Source: Chrysomallon squamiferum (taxonomy: Eukaryota > Animalia > Mollusca). From it: a DNA stretch of 64,000 bases. The notes under the pieces are model-generated. The model ran no database searches. It had not been told where the DNA came from and saw only the letters and a list, made by a program, of their open reading frames with translations. Shown here piece by piece: positions 25,961-39,789 of the stretch. Within the stretch, counting starts at the first letter, position 1. Each line of letters begins with the position of its first letter. The stretch lies in the NCBI GenBank assembly GCA_012295275.1, contig CM022676.1, positions 14,632,001 through 14,696,000 of the forward strand, read 5' to 3'. The position numbers and the translations under genes were made by a program.

Positions 25961-28900
25961 AATAAATAAATTGATATGCTTGGATTTTTCAAAACAAAAT
26001 CATATAAAAATTGAAGTAAACCAACGTTAAATGAGGACAGTAAATAAAGTTTAGCAGGTGAGAAAAATAAGAAAATCAAGGACTTTGCACTACAAAATCT
26101 GCAGGCGTTCCACTTTTCTTTTTTACAATTTAGTATTTACTTGTTTTTTATTCCGGATAAGTAATTGGTTATTTATTACACTTTAATTCTGGAACTGACA
26201 AGGAAAACCAGTATCAATCACCTGGCTGTAGAGTTATCTCCTATGATAACTTGTTTCGTTAACCAACCGATAATTTTTTAACCCTACGGTTCTAAACGTT
26301 CGCTGGTTTCACTTTTGCCGATTTTTTTCCAATTGAATAGGAAAAACAATGGCAAATACTTTGTTATCATGATAACTTGTTCCGTCAACCAATCGATAAT
26401 TTAACATAACCGAGTGGAAGTGCTCGCTGGCTTTGCTTTGGTATTAGTGTTTATAAATAGATGTTGGCAAATAAAGGTAAGGCGATACGTCCAACTTATG
26501 TAACTACGAGCAATCCTTTTATGTGAAATATAATTATGTATTATTAAGAAATCTGTTTTGTAATACAGATTGATATATTAATGCTGTTTAAATATTTAAG
26601 TCAGAACATGTCACTAATTGCATCTTGTGATAACTTTTAATATTTTGTAACATTAGCTGTTACATGTTTCTTCGTAATGCTGTGATCATACAAGTTTAAA
26701 TTTATAATTTTAATATTTAAGTTTAACTGAAGCAAGTTTTTTAAATATAACTATCCTATACTGTTGTTCAGCTGATTTTGTTCCCTTGTTTAATGATTAA
26801 TATTTATATATTGTTAAGTGTTAAAATAACACAGTTTTTTCTATTTTCAGTATTTCAGAAACTGACTATTTGTTGCTGAAAGTGGAAATCTTCCTTCAAC
26901 GTCTTAATTTTTGTTTGCTGCTGGAGATGTGATGTCACCTCTATTTAAACAGAAAAATCAGTCAGACGTAGATATCTTTCTTTTTAAATCTATAATTATT
27001 TTTAATTTATGAAATTGACACTCCTACATTATCATACATAGGTATATGGTTTATTTATTAGTTATTTTAAATGTTGTTTTAAAATTAAGCTTCAAAGACT
27101 GATCAGGTATACTTTTATTTTTCTCTTTTGGCTGTGTTGTTTTTATCAGAAAAGAAAGAACTGAGGTTTTTCTGAAAAAATCCAGACCTCCAAGCATGCT
27201 GCTCTGGTTAAAAGTTTTATAATATTTGTAAAAAATTAAATATATTTACGCATTAATTAATTATTCTAATATATATATTGAAAACATGGTGAAAGTAATG
27301 AAAAATAAATAGATAAAATTGTGAAAACCCTTTATTCCACTCCTGTTTTATTATGACTGTTATTTTTTAGTTTAGTTCTGAGTATTATTTACTCATTTAT
27401 GTGTATTGTTATGATCATCATTATTATTTTAATTTTATTATTGTTATTATCAATGATAAACTTTTAACATCTTTTGTGTCATGTTTTTTATTCACAAATA
27501 ATTAACTTTGATAAGTTAAGTATAAATCTTTTATACATTTCAGTATATCACATATTTTTGGTATTTCACACAGTTCTCTGGAGTGAGACACTATAAATCT
27601 ACGTGAGTCTGAAGATTTCTGGTCAAACATCAGCTGACTAAAGTCTGAACAAACTGGAGGAAGAATCCCAGCTTTGTTATAAAATCTTCACTTACATCCA
27701 GATACTCTCACTTTCAGCAGGTACTGGCTTTTTCAAATTGTACTTTGTTGTTTCTTATTGCAAGCAATAAAATACAATGAATGAAATCATATGAAACGAT
27801 CCTGTTTTAAATATTTAAATTAATTCATAGCGAACCTTTATCCCAGGAAATCCATCTGAACCTCAAAACAAAAATATATATTTGTTTTAATTTTAAAAAT
27901 GTCATGCTGATCCAGGAACACCTTGTGTTCCAGATAGAACATAAGTTCCAGGTGAAAGAGGCAACCATGGACATCCAGGTCTTAATGGATTACCTGGTCG
28001 TAAAAGTGCCCAAGGGAAAATGGTTTCCCTCAGCAACAAGATATATCATGTTATATGAAATAAACAAATAACCAGAACTGACAGAAATTATAGATAGTTA
28101 TCAGTGTTCTAATGATACTACTAATACTATTAGTTTCCAGCATTTACCAAACTGTAACATGTTTTATATACAAAGATAGCATTGTCCTTTAAAATGTTAA
28201 ACAAAATATGTATTTTATTGTTTCACGGTTTTAAAGAGGAGAACCAGATATGTATTAAACAGCTATGTCTTTTTATGTTTTATTATTTATATTTTTTAAT
28301 GGTGATCTTCAGACAAACACTACACAAAATTTATAATCAAAGGAAAAAAGGAATGTTATATTGAAAGCACTGAAAATAAAAGTTTTGGATTATTTAAATA
28401 TGAGTTTTGAATATTTCTGTGGCCCAAGAAGTGACACTGGAACTTCATTAATAGATAAAAATCTACTTAACACCATTTTTATTTATACATTTTCGGGTTA
28501 TGAACCATATTTCATACATAGTTTTGAGAAAAACTATAAAAGAAACCCATAGAAAAGCTGACACTTACCAAATAAAAGTCTGGTCTAACAGAAAATCTTA
28601 CTTTAACATTGTTTAATTTAGACAAACAACATGTCTTGTACCATTAATTGACTAATACAAATATAAATACTCAATTAATATCTGAATAATAAAATTGGTT
28701 TTTCTCTGGTACAGGTTGTGATAGTTTATCAGGTAGAAAAGATGAAGCTGGTTACACCAGAGAACTTGGTATCATTGGAGATCCTGTGCCACTTGGAGTT
28801 CAAAGCCTTCATAGTAATCATGGTGTTCCTAGTCTATGAGATTTCCTGATGTTTCTGCTAATCCAGATTCTGGTTTCTGGTTTCACTAGGTGTGTAGAGT

Positions 28901-29620
28901 AGAAAACTGCAGGAACATACAAGATGTAGGTTGACTACTCACTTGTTTATATCATGGACAACTCCAGGGCAAATGAACAGGATTTGTGTAGTTGACTCAA
29001 TGATATATTTTTCTTTCTATTGAGATGTGTTAATTATTGAACTTATGACTTAGTTTCATGTTCTAATATCAAAACTGACGATAAGATAAACTAAATAAAT
29101 AAAAAAATAAATACAAATATTTAAAATATATTTTTCTTTAAACTGATTTTAAAATTTTAGCTTTTCTCAGGATATAAATTTAATGAATGAGAAGATTGTT
29201 AAAGTTTTACAAACAAACAGAAAAAACTGTTGTAACAGTAAAAAAATAAACATTATACTGCAGGTAGTGCAGTCAGCTGTTTGAGAAGATTTACAACCAT
29301 GGTTTTATGTTCTGCAACATCAACAATGTGTGCACCACAACATCACAGAATTATTACAGTTACTGACTGTCAACACTGGAACCGATGTTGATGATGATGA
29401 TGAATTGAGTGAGAGGTGAACAGACCAGGCAAAAAACATCAGCAGTTTCTGAATCTCCAGACCCTGCAAGTCCTACCCTGTACTCATTTTCATAACATTA
29501 ATATTCATTACTTAATAATGAATATTCATATTTGTATTTGATTTCCATTAAATGATATTTAAAACTGACACATTTAGAATGAGAATGTTAACATGTCCTA
29601 GTATTCAGTGTATAATCAGT
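21843..29620 (+). repeat. Segmental duplication block X, copy 2
   Basis: See 1-6750. The true 5' boundary may extend further left because copy 1 is cut by the window edge. Confidence 0.95.
24626..25799 (-). mobile_element. Decayed intron-containing DNA-transposase-like gene (Sola/CMC-type DDE clade suspected), copy 2
   Basis: Motifs appear in order across frames: EKDMVILGVLQS; RERLVQFLQH...LIL..*VPGFKASDLKIL...LWRV; FISLYKIHVPFI..PKTDLCWQCKQ; TVEAERKCYNSLVEKCK; QQVHI..PVYFFVSSKRGIF. GTAAG and GTGAG donors are present. Recognised from remembered family motifs, not from a search. Confidence 0.55.
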
Positions 29621-29932
29621 ATTAGTGTCATAAATTTCAATTTTTATGTTTATTAATTTAATAATTTTATTTAATACTATTGATATGAATTCAATATTTA
29701 TTTTTGTATATTGTGCAATATGTTTTTCAAAATATCGCATTTAAAATTAAAATATGGAGTTTGGTTTTGTTTTTGTATTTTAAATATTAGTATTGTAATG
29801 TTTTAATTATTACTTCGCTTAGTCTGAGATTTATTTTTCTCGCAGGTTTTAGCTGTACACAGACAGACAATGCTCATTCTAGAATGTTCACTGGGCTGGT
29901 GTGGATTATGGATTGGCTAAAGTTTTGTCCTG
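27838..29932 (+). pseudogene. COL4A1: Collagen type IV alpha1-like pseudogene fragment, copy 2 (one more NC1 exon than copy 1)
   Basis: Duplicate of 4919-6563, plus exon 29846-29932 (CGCAG|...|GTAAAT) reading VLAVHRQTMLILECSLGWCGLWIG*SFVL. That exon matches the NC1 motif VMAVHSQT..IP.CP.GW.SLWIGYSFVM. Confidence 0.85.
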
Positions 29933-30059
29933 GTAAATTTGAAATAAGTTGTTTTAAACTATTTTTGATTTTATAACTTCAACTTTAAAATTCATTCCAA
30001 TTTTGATTTTATTGAGAACCAAGAAGTAATATGTTTCTTACAAATAACCTCAGTGTGTG

Positions 30060-30243
30060 TTTACAACAGGGATGTTATTGACTTCTATTTTATGTCCAAC
30101 TAGACAATTCTTTATCAGTTTGTATTCATTTAAAAAATGGATGTTACTGACTTCTATTTTATGTACAACTAGACAATTCTTTGTCAATTTGTATTTATTT
30201 AAAACATGGATAATATTGACTTCTATTTTATATACAACTAGAG
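30060..30243 (+). repeat. 69-bp tandem repeat, about 2.6 units
   Basis: GGATGTTATTGACTTCTATTTTATGT.CAACTAG recurs at about 30070, 30139 and 30208, which explains the 23-aa periodicity of ORF 30057..30266. Confidence 0.85.
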
Positions 30244-33200
30244 GATCCTGTAGCAGAAATTCTTAAATCTGAAGCTTTCTGAGCAGTTGAAAAAGTGATG
30301 TCCAACTGTTTTCAGATTGTTTTGTAGTGTTTTACTTTCATTTATACTGAATAATCCAGAGCACAATTTAGTAAATGAATGTTTAAGTAGTTATTGTTAC
30401 AATCTATAATAATGAACATGATCTGTGTTCATCTTCACTTAGAAATACATTTAGAAATGAGTATTTTCTAAGTAAACACAGCTGATACATATTCATTATT
30501 TCTGTGCAGCTGGTGACACTGGTTGTATGGAGTAAGTGTTACTTATGTCACTACTTACAAAACTGTGTGTTTTATTTGATTAGAGGTAAACTGAGACTTT
30601 AGTAATCCTGGACCACATCTCATTATAAGTGAATACATAGAAGCACACTGCTTTATTATTATTATTTTTATTATTATTAGTAGTAGTAGTAGCATTATTA
30701 GTATTAATATTGATGATGTTGTTGTAGTTGTTGTTATTATTCAAATCTTAATACAGACTAGTTAAAAGATAGATGCAACAATGTGGAATAAAATGTTAAA
30801 ATATATGGTAATACCGAATTTATAAAATGACACTTTTTACTATGTTTATGTAGTATTTTCATTGTTATGCACGTCTAGGTCAATTCTTTGTAACTGACAA
30901 AAGTAGTAATACTTCTGTGCTACCTGTAAAAATTGGTGTAGATCACAGAAGTTCAATGTCACCACATTGCATTTATATCTATGTTAATTTTCATATGCTA
31001 GTATTCTTAGGATAATTTTTGGTCATTTCCATCACCAAGGATTAGAAAAAAGGAATCATGCCTATCACGGAATCTTCTAGATATTATTGTATTTCTGTGA
31101 GAGACAATAGAAGCCCTGTCAGAAAACAATTGAGCTGAAGAAGAAAATGTCAAACTGAAGTTAATTTCTTTTGTTTCAGTACTACTTTCCAGTTATATAA
31201 TTAGCACTGAAGAATTTCTGTTGATCAACTATTTTATATTCAGCACAATCCCAGGCAAGAGGAGTATTTTATGAAGCAAGAATACCAAAATGTCACTGAT
31301 GTTTCTGCCCCAGGTCAAGTAAGTATTAGTCAGTGTAAAAATATTACAAAAGTGTTTATCTGATTCACTGTATTACTTTATTTATAAGTTGTTGTTTTCT
31401 CATTTTCAGTTTGGAAGTATTTTATAATAGTCATAATGAGATTTTTTTTATCATTTTCTAAACCTTGTCACACAGTTTTGTTTCACTGGTGTTACTAGAG
31501 GTGAAATTTGTAAGTTGAGAAATAACAGCCACTCCTAGTTGATCTTCCAACATGTAGATGTCATAAAGATGTAGTACATGCACAAGAATGACTCTGTTTT
31601 TCTAAAATATATCAGTAAAATGAACTTATTGTTTATTCAGTCTCATTAGTGTTGTTGTCATAAACCTGGGTCAGTTTGTCCTCTGTGGAGATGTCAGTCT
31701 TACAATAGTTTTATATTTAATCTTTCTGTGTCTCTGGGTCTGTTACTAAATTTCTTTGATTTGAAACCTTGTCTTCTTTCCTTCTTCTTCAGTCATAATT
31801 ATTATTTTATTCCTTACCTTCCTCTATCCTCTTTTGCACAAGTGCACAGTATTATTGCAATACATTAATTGAGATTCTATAAATATTAAAAACAAATTTT
31901 CAAACTTGATTTCAAAAAATTATTAAAATATTTTTGCTATATATATATACTATATTCAAATATTAGAATTTCTTTTATTTATTTATTTATTTATTGAAAT
32001 GTTTTAATTTACTCTTAATTTTTCTTACATTTATAAGAAAAAATAAAAGTTAAATAGTTAACTTGTATGTCTGTGTTCTTGTTTTACAATTAAAGCTGCA
32101 TTATTGTTTTACTTTCTTTATTTAATGTTCAGTGATAATTAATAGTGTAGCTTGAAATTCAAATTGAAGAATAAATTGCAGATATAAAACATTTCATAAC
32201 ATTTGCGTCATAAAGTTAGAAAGCCAAAAAAAAACACCAAAAACAGGACAGCAGACCAAAAAACATAATTTCATGAAGAATTCAATCCATGGTTTAAATT
32301 AGTTTTCTATTTCAGAAACAAATCCATTTGCCTATTACAGTATTCCATGTTATTACTGAATTTGTTATTATTCTTAAATTTTTAATTCTCATTTTGTTAT
32401 TTGTAGGAACTCAGAAGTTAGGCAAGAAAGCCTGTTGGTCATATGAAAGATGTCACAGAAAGATCTCTGGCCTTGTTAATGGAAATGTGAGTGGATTTGC
32501 TAGAAATGTTGTCATGGTGTTTCCAATCACAGACAGAACCTAACTTGACTCCATCCCCAGAGATGTTGCTGTGTTCTGGTGGGTTGCTTCCAGCATATTC
32601 AAGTCCACAAACAGAGTTCAGCAGCTGCAGTTGTCAGTGGTAATATTTTTACTCATAGTTTTAATACGTTAATGTTGCAGAACACAAGTGAGAGGTAATC
32701 TGCTTTCTCAAATGTTTTCTTTAATACAGCATCTAGGCTTACAAAGAAATCTGTGTTAAAAGGTGAATATAAACATGATATGAGACATTAAACTCAAAAC
32801 ATGATTGTCTTCGTTTACTTATTTTTTATTTTTGTTTATTTTTATTTTTACTTGTATTTACTTTTTTGTTTAACTATAAAAATATAGATATACAGATATC
32901 ATATATGTTTTATTATTATTTTATGTATCATTTGATTGTTCTTTCTTTTTAATTAATTTGTATATTTATTTTTACTTTTTTTTATTCTTTTAACTTTTAC
33001 TTATATATTTAATAAGAAAAAAAGTCTTGTCTTATTTTATTTATTTATTTTTTGAATTCCTTCAGAATAAGTGATATAAATAATTTGTCTTTGTTAGAAT
33101 CCAGTGTCAGATCAGCCCAGGAGACAGTCTACTACTCTAGCTGACAACAAAAACAGAGGAAGAATTTTCTGTGAAACATCCAGTCAGATGTGAGAAGTCA

Positions 33201-35505
33201 GGCATTGATTAGGAAGTGACTTTAGATGTAGTAACATAGACAGTCATGTTAATATCTTAAGTGATACATTAGTATATTGAATATTAAAAAAGTGTATGTT
33301 ACTTTATAAAAATGTTAAGATTTTGCCAATTTTGAGTTTATTAATCCCTGTGTTTCTTAGTTTATAAAGTAACGGAACTTCCACTCATTATAAAATACAA
33401 CTTCTAAACAGCCCATGGAAGTCTACATACTCTCTGCTGTTTAGTTTTTATGTAGTACCCCCATTGCCTGACATTAATTAGCTAAACATATAAATATGAA
33501 TTTATAAACATGATTATATATGATAGCTAAACAAATATTACTGTAATATAATAATATACTCACTATAAAATGTAGCAGTGATTCTGATTTAAAAAGCATA
33601 TAAAAACAATGTTATATAATTCATTAGATCTCAGACAAATTATGATTAAAAATAGTCTGGCAAAAAGGCACTAATGAGGTTCCGTTACATTGGCGCAGAG
33701 CTGCCATTCGTTTGTTTTCTTCATGTTTTAATCAACGTACTCATCTGAGAAGAATCTGAGCATGCTGGGTTTTTCAGGGTGTTTGATTTTTGTTCAGAAA
33801 ACGTTTTGACCGGATCATACGAAACTTCCTGGACCTATCGGGCATGAACTGCGCCTTTATTGTAACACGGGATTTCTTCACAACTCTGACTGTTGATCTT
33901 TAGCAGTGACCCGCACTGATTTGCTGCATTTCTGTTCCAGTATACCGAGGACATGATCAGCAAGACACTCTTCACAATGCTTAACTGAAGAGACTTTTAT
34001 TTATTTATTTATTTTTTAATTTTTTAATTTAATTTTATTTTTTATTTCCTTTTGGCCAAATCGATTATTTTCACCCTGGACGTATTTTCTAATTTTAAAC
34101 ATGAACCACCTAACGACATCTATGAAGTCTGCAATATCTGAATCTGTGTTGTTTTGTGGCTAAGACAACCACAAAGGCATACCTTTTCATTTCCTGTGTT
34201 ACAGTCGAAGATTCCTTGTTGGCAATAACAATAGAAGTATATTAATAAAAAAAATGTTGTAACAGTAAAAGAAGTATTAAAAATAGTAGAAGTAGTTGTA
34301 GTAAAATAGTAGGAACACTGGTAAAATGGTTAGCGATATCTGTACAAATAGTAGTTATAGTAGTACTAAAGTAAACCTAAGTAGTAGTTGTTGCGGTAAT
34401 ACTAATGTAGACACATCACATTCTCTTTTCAAAGTGTCATTATTTCTCCAATTTTAAACATTTAATGAAGTAAAAACTGATTACAACTATCAGAAAGACG
34501 CTCGTAAGACAAGAGATAAAACACATATAAAAACATCTGAGTTAAAATGAAATACAGTATTTTTGATCGCAAAATCACATCAAGATGTTGAGATGCTGCT
34601 CAATGCTAATTTAAAGACAACTTTCTTGTGACACTGAATGAAAGTAAACAAAAAGGGATGAATAATATTTTTTTTGTTTTGTTTTGTGTTTTATTTTTCA
34701 CTTCCTAATCTGTGACCTGCAAGAATTATTACGATTAAAAGTTGGAAAGTGAAACAGGATTCGGTGTATACAAAAATGTGTTGTTTTAATGAGTCTTTGT
34801 ATCTATGTGTGTATGTTGTATTTGTGTGTTGTACATGTGTGTATTTGTGTGTATGTGTGTATATGTGCAAATGTGTTTATCTATGTGTGTGTGTGTGTAA
34901 TATGTGATATTTGTGCACCTTTGTGTAAATGTGAGTTTGTGTATATGTGTGTTTCTATTTGCATGTATGATAATTGTTATAAATTTGGCTTTGAGAGATA
35001 TAGAAGATTAAATACATAAAGATGTGGTTGACAAATTGAAATTGGAGAGAGAGAGTTTAAATCACAGAACATACTTAATATACTGTTTTGCTTGTTTCAA
35101 TTTCTATATTAATTTATTCTTTAAAACACTGAGTTAAAGTAAAACATACGGAGATATATCTACGATGAGGTACAGTTGATTTATATAGCCTTGTTTTCAC
35201 TATAAGCAAGCCTTCGTTTCACTGCAAAGTTTTTGCATGTGTATATATAAAACCTTATAGCAAGTGCATAGGGAAATCGCCGTAAATTGTTTCCTACCGG
35301 GTCAAATTGCTGTAGATTTTATTTGCAACTCAAAAGAAGTGGCTCTATTTAAAATTATTTTATTTCTATGTTGTTTATATGTTTAATAGCTCATAGGCTG
35401 CATGTTTTATCATATATAATCTGACTGTATATAATATGAATACGTTCTGAAATAGACGAATTCATATTATTATTATTATTATTATCATCATCATCATCAT
35501 CATCA

Positions 35506-35554
<49 letters not shown>

Positions 35555-35916
35555 CATTATTATTATTTTTATTATTATTATTATAATTTTTTTAGGGTAC
35601 AGCCAGTTTTCACTGATAAACTAACACAGATTTGAAATTTGTTAACCCGCGTGGCTTAGCTTTTATCTTTCATTCCTCGGTTCAGACGAAGTTGAGGTTC
35701 ATGTTGTGTTCCGGGAAGCTACAAGCGAGTTGTTGCACGTGACAGCGGTTCCGTTTGATGGACACAAAGGCACGTGAGAGAATTTCAAACGTTGGAATTG
35801 CTTTGATAAGCGTTTCGCGGCGGTATCTATAAGAGACTTGTCTAACCTTGTCATCAGGCAGAGTAATCTTTGTGTGTGTATCTGAAAGTAATTGCAAATG
35901 TAGAGTATATATGTCT

Positions 35917-35969
<53 letters not shown>

Positions 35970-35973
35970 CGCG

Positions 35974-36517
35974 TTAACGTAATAACTTGATTCTCCCGTG
36001 ACAGATTCCGACATTAATTATTTCAAAAATATATCTGTGTAAAATAATGATTAGTAAGACTTATAAACGAGACATAATTATGAGAGCTTAAAAATAATTA
36101 GACTACATTACTAACAGAAACTGTATTGTTATCAATGTTCGTTCCTGAAAGTAAATTCCTGCTCCTCACTGTTTTCGTACATGTGTCTGTTAATGTGTGT
36201 TTATGTTTCTGTGTTTGTTTGTGTGTCTGAGTGTCTGTTTGTTTTGATTCGTTAACAAACCTTAAGCATTCAGTGAAAATGTCTGGCTCCACATCAGGTA
36301 TTATAATATCAATTTGTTCGCGAAGTTCTCTTGTGAACATCTTTTGGAAAACTTCGCTTCGTATGATGAGTATAAACTGATGCGCTTCTATAGCCGTTTT
36401 GTGTTCTCCCACTAGAAATCTAACGTCGCTGTCTTTTCTAGTACGAAAAACATGTTGAATCAATTTCATTATCTGGTTTCCTCTCTGCCCACTAGAGATT
36501 GCAGCTGAAGTTGCCAT
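35974..36517 (-). pseudogene. Divergent truncated BTB paralogue, copy D (exon 1 36261..36517 plus a 61-nt remnant exon 35974..36034; 105 aa)
   Basis: The 257-nt exon 1 reads MATSAAISSGQRG...DSDVRFLVGEHKTAIEAHQFILIIRSEVFQKMF...IPDVEPDIFTECL. Donor AG|GTTTGT and the homologous acceptor TTTTACACAG|ATAT are retained. Homology to the other copies stops after RY, and no BACK/PHR sequence was seen downstream. Confidence 0.75.
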
Positions 36518-36589
36518 GTTTTGACTAGAAGTAAATAATAATAATAATAATAATAATAAAAAATGAAAAATAATAATAATAATAATAAC

Positions 36590-36628
<39 letters not shown>

Positions 36629-37359
36629 TGTAATAATAATAATAACAATAAAGTTAATAATAACAACAACAACAACAACAACAATCCTGTGGTATTTAGG
36701 ACAATTTGTTAAATTAACTGTTAATACAGCGTCTGCTTATAAGTGCTGAAATAAACAGTAAAAATATGAAATTATTTACATGTGTCTACATTGTGAGCAG
36801 ATAAATTATTTCTATAACGACAATAAACATAAACTCGACACCAACCACCGAATTACTTCGAATAAACAAAAGAAAAAGGAAATATAAACTAATTCAAGTA
36901 CATGACAGAATGTTATTATTATTAAATGTTTTATGTGAACGTTCCAAACACCAGAACGACTACTAAAATTTCATTACAATACCTTTCCAAGTCAGGACGT
37001 ACGCAACGTTTTTTTAATGTCAATATGAAAAAGACATCACACTATACTGATCTATTTGTTAGAAATCTAGCTGAAACATATCTTAAAACTATAATCAAAC
37101 TAAGAAAACTCAAATCGGTAAAACATAGTACAATATAAAATATCATACGCTTTCAGTATGGGCGACTCGTTTTACTTGTGCTTTGTGCACACGTGGCTGA
37201 CGTCTTTGTTGTCGTCAAGTGTCACTTTGTCAGGTTTGAATGTCAGATTAAAATAAACAAATCGTGCTACCAGACACGTACACTCATCTTAGACATAATT
37301 TCATTGTGTGTCTTGTTTTCATTTTGTATTTCAGTTTAAAATATTGTGCATGTGATTAT

Positions 37360-37376
37360 ACTGCTACTACTACTGT

Positions 37377-37414
<38 letters not shown>

Positions 37415-37890
37415 TTACTGGAGCTGCTGCTACTGCGACTATTGTTGCTGTTGCTGCATCTATTACTACTGCCACTACAACAACAACTACAACTGTTACT
37501 ACTAGTGGTGCTACTATTATTACGTCTGCTGCTACAACTACTACTCAGCTATTACTACTACGACTAAAACTGCTACTGCTGCTACAATTACTACTGTTCC
37601 TACTACAACTACTATTGCTACAATTACTATTATTATTGTAGATACTATTTCTACTACTACTACTACCACGACTACTACTATTACAACTGCTACTACTAAT
37701 ACTACTACACTGCTACTACTATTAATACAGATATTACTGCTGCAGTTGCTGCTGCTACTACAAGTACTGCTGCAAAAACTGCGGCTACTAGAACTACTGC
37801 TGCTGCTTTTATTACTACTGTTTCTACTAGTACAAGTATTGTAGTACTCTACAACTACAACTACCATTTCTGCTGGTGTTGTTACCATTA
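37360..37890 (+). repeat. Degenerate (ACT/GCT/ATT)n trinucleotide low-complexity tract (mirrored at about 63070-63615)
   Basis: Direct reading. Source of the poly-T, poly-L, poly-V and poly-S ORFs. Confidence 0.9.
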
Positions 37891-38858
37891 GTGCTGCTAA
37901 ATTCTGCAAAATATTTTTAAAAAAATGTTTGTATGGAGACATTGAATAATAATAAAGTAAATAAAATAATAAAAATAAATAAATAAATAAATATTAATAA
38001 ATAAATAAATGTGCTTTTGTTAACAATTTACTTTTTCAGAACAAATATTATTAATATGATACATAATATGTTCCATTATACACGAAATCGGTTGATTTAT
38101 TTTCAGAAAATAATTTATATATATTAATAACAACACTCATAAAAATGGCGACAAGCAATGACGACACATTGCTATTTGTGCGACCCTCCTGCAATTTACA
38201 GAGCGCCATTTTGGCGACATTTCCGGTTTCCATTAACATTGCGAAGAAGGAAGAAAAGCAGCAGATAAATGAAGAGTCATGTACAGGCACTGTGCGTCAA
38301 CTCTGAAATACTCTGGCAATACAACAAATATGATAACAACAGACGTACAGAGTCACCACTCGGCCTGGTACAGCGCTTGTACAAACTGAGTCTGTTTTCA
38401 GATGACACTATCACCAGTAGCTCCGCCCGTAGGACTCAGTCTAGTAAATATAGTGTATCGTAGAAGAACTTGGTTTCTTAGACAACTTAAGTCATAAAAC
38501 GTAGAGTTTCAGCAACAATGAATTAACGTTTCTAAATGTGTTCCTCGTTTTTCTTTCTGAAGTTTAAAGAGCAGCAGCACTCTCCTTATTACTATTATTT
38601 TATTTATTTTTTATTTATTTGATTATACTTTTGTTTTGTCTTTTGTACATTTTATTTCGCATATTTTACGTTTGAACTATAGGTGCATTTTTAAAAGTAA
38701 TTACAGTAATATTATTGCATTTTAAAGTGGTTAAAACATCATAGCCTGTCACTTTAAAAAAAAGAAGAATAAAAACAGAGAGGTATCTTGATTTTTCAGG
38801 CACAAGTATTCTCTATTAGTTAAAACAGAATGAATATGTATGAATACAAATATGTGTC

Positions 38859-38893
<35 letters not shown>

Positions 38894-39185
38894 TATATAC
38901 AAATGTGTATACGTATGAATTTACTTGAAAGGACCACAATAATTTGATCTCTTACCATGATCTTCTGCAATGAACAAACTCCGGCTGAAAATTACAGCCC
39001 ACTCCAGAAAGGTATTGCAGGTAATAACTGAAGGTGTATAAATGGCGGTTTCACAGAAAGCGAAGGTTTCAAAAAGTTACACTACTGAGATCTAAAAGCA
39101 ATACTCACACATTTATAAAATTGTTTTATGGTACGAATTTAATTTAATACAGTTATTTACTTATTTTTTTTATTTATTTACTTTA

Positions 39186-39218
<33 letters not shown>

Positions 39219-39341
39219 TCTTTCACAGTTGTTAATTTCAATTCACAAACAAGGCAGTAGGTAATAGAAAAAATCAGACGCCATATTGTATGCTAATGAT
39301 TCGGTGTGTTTGACAGTTAAGTTTGTTCTATTTTTATATTT

Positions 39342-39492
<151 letters not shown>

Positions 39493-39789
39493 GTCTCTGT
39501 CTGTCTGTAGATCATGTTGACTTAGTACTGAAGTAAATTTCATTCTCTCCAGGGAAGAAAGGTGAGTCAACACAGTCCACTTTAATATTGACAAAACAGA
39601 TTAGTAGGTCTCGTTTCGCTCACTGGTGTTTTAATAACAAGTAAACTGAACACAGATAACAAATATTTCAATCTGTGTCGTAGAAATAATCGAAGTTAAA
39701 ATATATAATACAGTTAATTGAAATGCAACTAAATTTTATTAGATTAAACAAATCACTTTACTAATTTCAGACGATGTATATTTTTACTG

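Noticed and set aside
37264-37942. Mucin-like or hydrophobic ORFs (poly-T, poly-L, poly-V, poly-S) and their mirrors at 63013-63796
   Set aside because: Translations of trinucleotide low-complexity DNA that is open in several frames on both strands.
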